The translations under genes and the position numbers were made by a program. A stretch of DNA of 37,631 bases from a virus. Taxonomy: Duplodnaviria; Caudoviricetes. The notes beneath the pieces were generated by a model that searched no databases, was not told the origin of the DNA, and worked only from the letters and a program-made list of their open reading frames with translations. Below, one piece after another: positions 8,940-15,665 of this stretch. The first letter of the stretch is position 1, and every line of letters starts with the position of its first letter. The DNA is taken from the IMG/VR virus record IMGVR_UViG_3300011338_000631, positions 1 to 37,631 of that record. One strand, 5' to 3'.

Positions 8940-9341
8940 TTAGCCAGCAGGGGAGTCGGGGAAGTGGTCTGCAGGTACTATTGCCACCTCTATTCGGGGA
9001 TTCACTCTGTCGAGTAGTACCCTTGATCCATCATGTCCGATGATGATATTGAAGTTGTCGTCTTTCAGGATCTCTGCCTTGACCAGAGTATCCTGGATTC
9101 CCTCGTATAGAGCAGAGAGATCCACGATCCTCAGTGTTTGCATAAAAAATTTGCACACTAGCAGCACAGGATAATCGACTGGCTGATCAGGCTTTGCCTG
9201 GTCCTCTAGCTCATCCAGAGCATTATTCAGCCAGCCTCGATACTGTGATGAGTATACGACTGTCGGCCGACCATGAATGCGGACCACCTTCTGAGTGTTC
9301 TTCTTCACGATCGGATTGCCAGTGATCGTATATGTGAGCAT
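8940..9341 (-). CDS. rusA: RusA-family Holliday junction resolvase
   Basis: ITGNPIVKKN, DLSALYEGIQDTLVKAEILKDDNF, DRVNPRIEV. Confidence 0.85.
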   Translation of the reverse strand: MLTYTITGNPIVKKNTQKVVRIHGRPTVVYSSQYRGWLNNALDELEDQAKPDQPVDYPVLLVCKFFMQTLRIVDLSALYEGIQDTLVKAEILKDDNFNIIIGHDGSRVLLDRVNPRIEVAIVPADHFPDSPAG

Positions 9342-9538
9342 TAGTCGATAGCCTTGATCATCCAAAAGTATGCACAGAAGATCAGGAATTCTCCAGCTAT
9401 TGTCAGAGCCATGTATAGAGTCTCATCGAATAGCATGAAGATCAGGATCAAGTAGAGGCCATACACTGATGCTAGTGCCAGTGCCATCATGACAATGGCC
9501 CAGGCCACACACTTGATAGTTGTTTTGATTGTTTGCAT
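9341..9538 (-). CDS. Small two-TM membrane protein (65 aa)
   Basis: RBS GGAGGGTG then MQTIK...; two hydrophobic segments. Confidence 0.7.
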   Translation of the reverse strand: MQTIKTTIKCVAWAIVMMALALASVYGLYLILIFMLFDETLYMALTIAGEFLIFCAYFWMIKAID

Positions 9539-9564
9539 TTTTGCACCCTCCTTGCTGTGACTGC

Positions 9565-10200
9565 CTATGCAGCCACACTGTCTTTTAATGAGTGTAGTTT
9601 GAAGAAGACATCCTTGCAAGCTCGGACATCTACCATCGCATCGTGAGCACCTTCGATCCCATATCCCATGAAGTGAATGTGAGCTTCCTCCAGGCGTGGA
9701 TTTTTGTATTGCTGATCAATGCCTTTGTCCTTGAAGAATGAAGCCTGAGCCTCGCTGAGTGGCAGCTTCATGATGTCTCGGGTATTGAGCATAGTACAGA
9801 AGACCTTTGACTCAGCTTCCTTGTAGATCTCATTCCAGACAGCGACTGCAGTCGGATCATTGTGGATGTTTGTGTAGTAGTCTATCTCGCATGTCAGCAG
9901 GTCCATGTCAAATTCCGCATTGTGAGCCACGACAGTATCTGCCTGCTCCATCATTGCGAAGAATGCACTGAGCCCCATGTACCGATCGACACCATACTTC
10001 TTCACGAATTCAGTGCTGAAGCCATGCACATTGCTGGCCTCGACTGGTATATTCACGAATCCTTCTGGCTGCAAGAGCAGATTCAATTCACCCACCACCT
10101 TGCCTTCATTGTCTGTGAGCATTGCTCCGATCTGGACCACTCGTGGAATGAATCCACCCTTGCGAATGCCAGTAGTCTCAGTGTCAAAAAATAGGATCAT
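9565..10200 (-). CDS. DEDDh 3'-5' exonuclease (DnaQ/epsilon-like)
   Basis: FFDTETTG, VVAHNAEFD, AHDAMVDV. Confidence 0.92.
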   Translation of the reverse strand: MILFFDTETTGIRKGGFIPRVVQIGAMLTDNEGKVVGELNLLLQPEGFVNIPVEASNVHGFSTEFVKKYGVDRYMGLSAFFAMMEQADTVVAHNAEFDMDLLTCEIDYYTNIHNDPTAVAVWNEIYKEAESKVFCTMLNTRDIMKLPLSEAQASFFKDKGIDQQYKNPRLEEAHIHFMGYGIEGAHDAMVDVRACKDVFFKLHSLKDSVAA

Positions 10201-10287
10201 ATAATTCCCTCGTCTATGTTTTATGTATCTTGGAGGGAGTGGCCCGAAGACCACACCCACATCGTAACTCGCATGAGAGCGGACTCT

Positions 10288-10500
10288 CTATTCTTCTGCT
10301 TCAGCTTCAGCGATTAGCTCGAGCACCAGGCTTCCGAGCTTGGCTTTTGCCGAATGCAGGCCAGCATAATTCTCGCTGACTCGCTTCCATCGGCCATTGC
10401 CCTGTCGCTGCTGCACATAGAATTCCCGATCGCCCCATCCAGTTGTGTCTTCATCCTGAATGCGGAATACAGGGATTGTGATCTCAGTGATCTTTGCCAT
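10288..10500 (-). CDS. Hypothetical protein (70 aa)
   Basis: RBS GGAGGTG before ATG 10500. Confidence 0.7.
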   Translation of the reverse strand: MAKITEITIPVFRIQDEDTTGWGDREFYVQQRQGNGRWKRVSENYAGLHSAKAKLGSLVLELIAEAEAEE

Positions 10501-10555
10501 GTTTTGCACCTCCATATTATTTATACCCTCCACCTGCTCGACCTGCAGGCTGACT

Positions 10556-10849
10556 TCAAACTCTCTCCAGTATCTGCAAATGCTCGAATGGAATGATCAC
10601 CAGCATTGTGCCTTTGACCATCTGCTTCTCGAAGTCGAGCTCATGCAGCAGCTTACCATCAAAATAATAATGGTCAGGGATAGATAATTCACCATCGGAT
10701 TTGCGGACATAAGTGAAGTGTATCTCATTGTGGTATGTGATCCGCTTGGCATCCAGTCCGACCATCTTCTTGCCACCATTCCATATCGGAGCTCGGATCT
10801 TGAAGAGGTTGCATACAGTATTGCGGTCCAGTTGTTTGATCTCAGCCAT
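10556..10849 (-). CDS. Hypothetical protein (97 aa)
   Basis: RBS GGAGG before MAEIKQ. Confidence 0.7.
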   Translation of the reverse strand: MAEIKQLDRNTVCNLFKIRAPIWNGGKKMVGLDAKRITYHNEIHFTYVRKSDGELSIPDHYYFDGKLLHELDFEKQMVKGTMLVIIPFEHLQILERV

Positions 10850-10952
10850 TTGCTGCCTCCAGCTTCTTGACTGCATCAATGACCTGAAGAGCCCATATCC
10901 TATCGGCCAGAGTCCGCTTCCGCCATTTGCGAATACTAGCATCATATATCAT
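10842..10952 (-). CDS. Small hypothetical protein (36 aa)
   Basis: Not in the ORF track; MIYDASIRKWRKRTLADRIWALQVIDAVKKLEAANG fills the gap, with a GAGGTG RBS. Confidence 0.5.
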   Translation of the reverse strand: MIYDASIRKWRKRTLADRIWALQVIDAVKKLEAANG

Positions 10953-10953
10953 G

Positions 10954-11220
10954 TCACTCACCTCGAAGCCCCTTTGCTATATTGCCGAATGCATCACTTA
11001 TTGCCTGAGCAGCATTGCTGAATGTGGCCTTGATTGCAGACCATATCTTCTGCATCCTGAAGGATGCCAGCCTACTTTGGCATAGTGAGGTATTAAGCAT
11101 TGCATTGATATACCAGAGAGCCTGCTCGGGATCGGTCGATCGGATGAGCTGCAGATCTACCTCTCTAAAGATCTCAGCAAAATGCTCAGGCTCATCAATC
11201 TTCAATTCATCAATAGTCAT
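10954..11220 (-). CDS. Hypothetical protein (88 aa)
   Basis: ATGA overlap with the upstream gene. Confidence 0.7.
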   Translation of the reverse strand: MTIDELKIDEPEHFAEIFREVDLQLIRSTDPEQALWYINAMLNTSLCQSRLASFRMQKIWSAIKATFSNAAQAISDAFGNIAKGLRGE

Positions 11221-11441
11221 GACTTCCTCGCCTTCGCATTCGGATCAGGGAATAGAATCTCTTTGCCTTCATCTAGCAGGCCGAGAGGGAAGTCCTCCAG
11301 CTTGCCACTGTTGCGAGCCCAGGCCGATCGCTGACCAGCCATACTCGCTCCACGCTTATTCCGTTTGAAGTTGGTCGGACTAGCTTTGCCACCCTTGCGA
11401 CCAGCAGCCACCTTCTTCGGATCTTTTTTGAGTTTGTTCAC
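11217..11441 (-). CDS. KGG-motif (YciG/GsiB-like) small basic protein
   Basis: AAGRKGGKASPTNF...ASMAGQRS; GTG start after GAGAGGGTG. Confidence 0.65.
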   Translation of the reverse strand: MNKLKKDPKKVAAGRKGGKASPTNFKRNKRGASMAGQRSAWARNSGKLEDFPLGLLDEGKEILFPDPNAKARKS

Positions 11442-11671
11442 AGTTGCACCCTCTCTTCCTTGAGCACATTGCCTTGCCACTTCAGGGCATCACAGCCACA
11501 GTGCTCACACACCTTCTTTACTTTTTTTGTCGGATCATTTTGCTTGTAGTAGCCAGAGCCGATCATCGCATCGCTGGCATTCACCCATCGGCAGCCCCTT
11601 CGGACAGTCGTATGCTGATGCAGCTTGCAGTTCAGGCATCGGACTTCGATCTCATATGTTAGTGTCGGCAT
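11438..11671 (-). CDS. Zinc-ribbon protein (77 aa)
   Basis: CLNC...CEHCGC; start at MPTLTY. Confidence 0.7.
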   Translation of the reverse strand: MPTLTYEIEVRCLNCKLHQHTTVRRGCRWVNASDAMIGSGYYKQNDPTKKVKKVCEHCGCDALKWQGNVLKEERVQL

Positions 11672-11945
11672 CCTTGTCTCCCTCCGCTGCACAGAAGAGG
11701 CAGGTCGCTCCCTCTGTGTACTTTGAAGCTCCACACTTCTCACACTTGAATATCTCTCGGACCTTCGAGGCAGTCTCAATTTCCTCTGCAGTCATCATGA
11801 CGATCTCGACCTGAGCAAACTTATTCGCCAGGGCCAGCATCGATCGGCCGAGCCAGGTATCAATGAATCGCTCCATGAAGTGATTCGTGGTCACACCCTT
11901 GATCTCGATTGTGTACCTTCGATTGAATACTTTATTGCGTGACAT
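11652..11945 (-). CDS. Hypothetical protein with C-terminal zinc finger
   Basis: CEKC...CLFC. Confidence 0.7.
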   Translation of the reverse strand: MSRNKVFNRRYTIEIKGVTTNHFMERFIDTWLGRSMLALANKFAQVEIVMMTAEEIETASKVREIFKCEKCGASKYTEGATCLFCAAEGDKDADTNI

Positions 11946-12133
11946 TAGAAGACTCTCCTGACTAGTTTGATATTCGGAACATTGATCAGATTCAGGAATG
12001 CCTGTAGCTCAGTGATCAGACCTTCCTCGGCATATGCATCATAGTAGACAGTCTTGCCATCGACTGAGCACTTGAGCTCTGGATACTTCTCTTTGAGGAT
12101 CTGCTCCAGAGGCTTCTTCTCGGCCAGGCTCAT
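11945..12133 (-). CDS. Hypothetical protein (62 aa)
   Basis: Overlapping start/stop with both neighbours. Confidence 0.65.
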   Translation of the reverse strand: MSLAEKKPLEQILKEKYPELKCSVDGKTVYYDAYAEEGLITELQAFLNLINVPNIKLVRRVF

Positions 12134-13254
12134 ACCAGACTCTCCTGATCCCCAGTGTCGGTCCGCTGATCGGCATCGATCTCTTCATCGCCAGACAGCA
12201 CAGCACCAGCTCGGTCCATTAGAGCTCGCCACTTCTCATCAGTCTTGATTGAGTTGCGAGTGATTGATCCAGTGACATCCTTCAGCCAGCGGAGTCGGTA
12301 TGCAGACTTGAGTGGCAGCGATTCATACATCTGCCAGGCAGTGTCTTTGAATTCCTGGTCCACTACTGGAGGCTGTTCGACCTCTTCTTCTGGCTCAGGA
12401 TCTGCAGCAGGCTCTTCGGCTGCAGCCTCGATCTCATCCTGTGATGGCTCATCAGGTGATGTGATATCTGGATGATCTTCAGTACTTTCATTGTTTGGAT
12501 CTACCTCCACAGCTTGCTCCTCCTTCTGTTTTGCAGTTGCACTAGTTTTTTGTTCAGGCATATTTGTGACCTCGCCAGTGCCAGGATCGACATCGATCAC
12601 TGTGCCATCGGCTCTGACCTGAGCATTGAGCTCATCAGGTGTATAGACCAGCATGCCACTGAATACATCAGGGCAGTATGTCCTGACACCATTGCTGATT
12701 GCCCGAGCGAACATCATCGCCTTCGGATAATTCTTCCAGTTAGCTTTGCAGTTGCAGCCATCCTTCTGCCATGATCCACCACCTTTTTTGTACATGGTGA
12801 TCTTGCGGATGTTGTGCTTGAGCGGAGCTTCCTCACACTCAGAATCAAACATGCCAGCCATTCGAGCTTCATCTATATCGAATGTCTCTGTGCCGATCTT
12901 GGTACGCTTGCCAGATCGGATCTCATAGAAGTCAATGACACAGCCATCGAGCTCCTTCTTCTTGATGTCATAGTCGTATCGACCAGAGCTTTTGACCATG
13001 CCAGCCATCGTGTTTGCTGATAGCGTGGCATTGCCCTCGATCACATGGACCGCTCGCATTGAAGCGAATGGAGCAAGGCCGAGCTCCTGGCCTGCCATGA
13101 TCTTTGTGATTGCCATCGATGTACGATCCATATCGTCACCGAACATCTTTGAAGCCACAAATGCTTTGCCGATCTGCTCGATCTCAGCATATGATAGTTG
13201 CTTCCTGACTTGGATCTGTGACTCTTCAGCCACAGGCTTTTGCTTCTCTCCCAT
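12130..13254 (-). CDS. RecT/Bet-like single-strand annealing protein
   Basis: KIMAGQELGLAPF, VHVIEG, NWKNYPKAMMFARA...CPDVFSG, YTPDEL; acidic linker and C-terminal domain. Confidence 0.8.
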   Translation of the reverse strand: MGEKQKPVAEESQIQVRKQLSYAEIEQIGKAFVASKMFGDDMDRTSMAITKIMAGQELGLAPFASMRAVHVIEGNATLSANTMAGMVKSSGRYDYDIKKKELDGCVIDFYEIRSGKRTKIGTETFDIDEARMAGMFDSECEEAPLKHNIRKITMYKKGGGSWQKDGCNCKANWKNYPKAMMFARAISNGVRTYCPDVFSGMLVYTPDELNAQVRADGTVIDVDPGTGEVTNMPEQKTSATAKQKEEQAVEVDPNNESTEDHPDITSPDEPSQDEIEAAAEEPAADPEPEEEVEQPPVVDQEFKDTAWQMYESLPLKSAYRLRWLKDVTGSITRNSIKTDEKWRALMDRAGAVLSGDEEIDADQRTDTGDQESLV

Positions 13255-13282
13255 AAGAGTTGCACCTCCTTCTGTGCTTATG

Positions 13283-13311
13283 ATTATATGCTTGCTTCGT
13301 TAGCCAGTCAA
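13283..13311 (-). promoter_or_regulatory. Near-consensus sigma70 promoter of the recombination operon
   Basis: TTGACT-N17-TATAAT. Confidence 0.8.
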
Positions 13312-13354
13312 TACCTTTTTTATGACTTGTGGATATTCCCCATATAATAGATGT

Positions 13355-13393
13355 AGAGACCCCTGTAGTTGCACCTCCAGGGGTCTCGCTTTT
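13355..13393 (+). ncRNA. Putative small hairpin RNA with anti-RBS loop
   Basis: TATAAT at 13343-13348; perfect 10-bp stem GAGACCCCTG/CAGGGGTCTC; loop TAGTTGCACCTC; T-tract only on the + strand. Confidence 0.5.
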
Positions 13394-13685
13394 ATTTGAG
13401 TAAATGCACGAAGAATCGGCCTGGCGATCCACGATGATATTTGCGAGCCTTGTATGCTTGCTCCAGGAATCTACCCTTGCCGAGCTCATACAGCTTCTTG
13501 TAGAAGAATGGCTTGAATTTTTGATCATCGATCAGATCCATGCAATCTGCAATAATTGCATCGGCCTCTTTTGCACTAGGTTTATCTTTGACTATAGCTA
13601 TAGAAGATCTCTGTGAATTATTCTCTATAGCTATAGTCTTGATGCGGTCGCTGACCAGTGAGGCTACGCTAGATGTAGTGCTCAT
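13392..13685 (-). CDS. Putative replication initiator-like protein (97 aa)
   Basis: RBS GGAGGTG; internal DNA palindromes; helical basic C-terminus (FFYKKLYELG...AYKARK...PGRFFVHLLK); function inferred from context. Confidence 0.5.
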   Translation of the reverse strand: MSTTSSVASLVSDRIKTIAIENNSQRSSIAIVKDKPSAKEADAIIADCMDLIDDQKFKPFFYKKLYELGKGRFLEQAYKARKYHRGSPGRFFVHLLK

Positions 13686-13953
13686 AAAATTTGACACCTC
13701 CATAGAATCCCTGATACAATGGAAGTCGAATCCACTTATATTAGAAGTAAGTGAATAGACCTCTGACTGCAATCAGGGGTTTATTTAATTTGCACCGAGA
13801 TCTCGAGCTCCCAGTATTGAATCCACCTATATTCAGAAAGTCTCTGTGTTTCTTTTTGAATGATAGGTACTTATCATAGTACACCACCGCATGCTCGGTC
13901 TGCAAGTCGCTCATGTTTTGCCTGTGCAAAATACCTGTGGATTGTGTGGACAA
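13590..13953. other. Candidate replication origin
   Basis: Two CTATAGCTATAG palindromes, direct repeat GAATCCACYTATATT (13728, 13819), three co-oriented DnaA-box-like 9-mers at 13923-13953. Confidence 0.45.
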
Positions 13954-13988
13954 GTGACATTATCGCCTCTGGTCGGAGCAGGGAAGTA

Positions 13989-14019
13989 TTGACTCCATTA
14001 AGCATAGCCATGATAAAAT
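13989..14019 (+). promoter_or_regulatory. Promoter for the transglycosylase gene
   Basis: TTGACT-N19-TAAAAT with extended -10 TG. Confidence 0.5.
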
Positions 14020-14037
14020 AGATCTGGCATTTAATCG

Positions 14038-14661
14038 GTGGTAGATAAATTGCAACACAAGAAATTCAAATTGCTGATCGTGGCGATATCAGCTCTCATC
14101 ATTAGCTTCGGCTGCATTGCTGCAGTCGAGAATTACAAAGAAGTGCAACACACACAGTCTCAGATCAAGCGTCTTGAGACTGAGCGACAGCAGCTACATC
14201 AGAAGACTGAAGAGCTGCAAAAGACCAACACACAGACCGAGAAGCAGCTTCAGGACCAGAAGCAGCTTGAAGAGCAGCTTCGCAATGAGATCAAGAATCT
14301 CCAGGCTATGAAGGCAGAGAAGGCGAGGCTGGCTGCATTGGCATCTAGTCCGAAGGCATTTGCTGCAGAGCCTGTCAGAGCCAGCGGATCATGTGCAGAC
14401 TGGATGGCAGCAGCAGGTATTCCTGATGTGTACTCCACACACAAGCTCATCATCAATGAGAGTGGATGCAATCCGAATGCGGTCAATCCTAGCTCTGGAG
14501 CATGTGGCATCCCACAGGCTCTACCATGTAGCAAGATTGCTCATTGTGGAGTCGATCCAGTATGTCAGCTCCGATGGATGGACAGCTATGTGAAGGGCAG
14601 GTATGGCACTTGGGATGGAGCACTAGCTGCCTGGAATTCAAGATATCCTCACTGGTACTAG
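14038..14661 (+). CDS. Membrane-anchored/secreted coiled-coil protein with C-terminal lytic transglycosylase (aggregation-promoting-factor-like) domain
   Basis: N-terminal hydrophobic helix, Q/E/K coiled coil, NESGCNPNAVNPSSGACGIPQALP, QLRWMDSYVKGRYGTW, HWY end. Confidence 0.85.
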   Translation: MVDKLQHKKFKLLIVAISALIISFGCIAAVENYKEVQHTQSQIKRLETERQQLHQKTEELQKTNTQTEKQLQDQKQLEEQLRNEIKNLQAMKAEKARLAALASSPKAFAAEPVRASGSCADWMAAAGIPDVYSTHKLIINESGCNPNAVNPSSGACGIPQALPCSKIAHCGVDPVCQLRWMDSYVKGRYGTWDGALAAWNSRYPHWY

Positions 14662-14682
14662 TTACCGAGTGAGGATTTTTTT
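14645..14682 (+). terminator. Terminator hairpin spanning two abutting stop codons
   Basis: ATCCTCACT...AGTGAGGAT stem followed by a T-run. Confidence 0.7.
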
Positions 14683-14802
14683 GATCTTGTAGATAATAAA
14701 CTGATTGCGGTTGCGAAGGTGGCCAGCTTCCCATATCGGGAAGAATTCGCCTGGCTTGTATCCGTATATTGTTTGTTCGTATTTTTGTATTATGTATTGC
14801 AT
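14662..14802 (-). CDS. Small near-leaderless protein (46 aa)
   Basis: MQYIIQKYEQTIYGYKPGEFFPIWEAGHLRNRNQFIIYKIKKILTR, directly after a strong promoter; below the ORF-track cutoff. Confidence 0.55.
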   Translation of the reverse strand: MQYIIQKYEQTIYGYKPGEFFPIWEAGHLRNRNQFIIYKIKKILTR

Positions 14803-14811
14803 AACAATACT

Positions 14812-14840
14812 ATACTATCACACAGAGGGAGAATTGTCAA
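14812..14840 (-). promoter_or_regulatory. Sigma70 promoter
   Basis: TTGACA-N17-TAGTAT with extended TG. Confidence 0.7.
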
Positions 14841-15021
14841 TACCCTGCAAGGCGATGTATCCATACTGCTTTGCAAGATCCAGCAGATGATCAATAGCGG
14901 TCATGTGGATCTCTGCCTCTAGTGGATCAGTCGCTGTCATCCAGTCGAAGCGAGCAGCCTCAAGTGCCTCGAAGACATGCTGCTTCCGCTCTTCAAATTG
15001 AGGTCCATCTTCTATTGCCAT
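14818..15021 (-). CDS. Hypothetical acidic protein (67 aa)
   Basis: RBS GAGGG; overlaps the upstream ORF. Confidence 0.7.
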   Translation of the reverse strand: MAIEDGPQFEERKQHVFEALEAARFDWMTATDPLEAEIHMTAIDHLLDLAKQYGYIALQGIDNSPSV

Positions 15022-15218
15022 AATTCCCTCTGATTCGGATCTGCCTGCAGATCATCTATGAATGGATCATGCTCAGTGGCCATGATCGGCCGAGAAGTCT
15101 CGGTCACTTTGGCCAGGCCGAAGAGAGCCATCTGAGCTGCATTGTCGGCCAGAGCACTGTCTATCTCGGCAGTGATCTGGTCACACAATTCAGGTCCATG
15201 CTTTTTATCTTCCATCAT
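15012..15218 (-). CDS. Hypothetical acidic protein (68 aa)
   Basis: RBS AGAGGTGG; upstream CACAAT -10-like element. Confidence 0.7.
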   Translation of the reverse strand: MMEDKKHGPELCDQITAEIDSALADNAAQMALFGLAKVTETSRPIMATEHDPFIDDLQADPNQRELWQ

Positions 15219-15242
15219 CCACCTCTATTTTCATTGTGCCAT

Positions 15243-15294
15243 AAAAAGCGACAAGCCATAGCTCGGTGGTATTCGGCAGCTATGGCTTTTGTCT
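15243..15294 (-). ncRNA. Putative small hairpin RNA or attenuator
   Basis: Follows promoter 15301-15330; 11-bp stem AAGCCATAGCT/AGCTATGGCTT, loop GCCGAATACCACCG, ends TCGCTTTTT. Confidence 0.45.
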
Positions 15295-15300
15295 ATCTGA

Positions 15301-15330
15301 ATGATAGTCTCTGGAGCGATCTTGTGTCAA
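15301..15330 (-). promoter_or_regulatory. Sigma70 promoter
   Basis: TTGACA-N18-TATCAT. Confidence 0.65.
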
Positions 15331-15331
15331 T

Positions 15332-15370
15332 AAAAAAAGTAGAGCCAGAGAGAATACTCCCTGACTCCAC
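15332..15370 (-). terminator. Intrinsic terminator ending the lysis/late operon
   Basis: GTGGAGTCAGGGAG-TATT-CTCTCTGGCTCTAC-T7 (14-bp stem with G-U pairs). Confidence 0.8.
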
Positions 15371-15385
15371 CTCACATGATCTATT

Positions 15386-15655
15386 CTACCGCTGCAAGAA
15401 GCTCGGAGCAATACCCTTTGATGGAGTGCTCTCCGATGTGTGTCGATATCGATCCACGATCTTTGCTAGTGCTGCGACACCAGCCACGATCAGAGCTCCG
15501 ACATTGACAGTGAATCCGAGTACTGTGATATTCGATGCAGCCACTTCAGGACTACTAGCGACCACAGTCAGGATCAATACCACGACTCCGAGAAGTCCGA
15601 AGTACACTGCTCGAGCGACAGATTTTGCTGTCTCGATCAGACCTTTGTTTGACAT
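15386..15655 (-). CDS. Putative holin (two TM segments)
   Basis: Directly after the endolysin; two hydrophobic helices; RBS AAGGGGG. Confidence 0.7.
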   Translation of the reverse strand: MSNKGLIETAKSVARAVYFGLLGVVVLILTVVASSPEVAASNITVLGFTVNVGALIVAGVAALAKIVDRYRHTSESTPSKGIAPSFLQR

Positions 15656-15665
15656 ATGTTCCCCC

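Noticed and set aside
10229-10290. tRNA gene (TTCG loop and CCA-like end)
   Set aside because: No cloverleaf, acceptor stem or proper T-arm; only simple hairpins
13741-13953. 70-aa minus-strand ORF
   Set aside because: TTG start without RBS, overlaps DnaA-box-like sites and repeats; more likely non-coding
13300-15400. CRISPR array or mini-array
   Set aside because: No regularly spaced direct repeats; the hairpins differ in sequence
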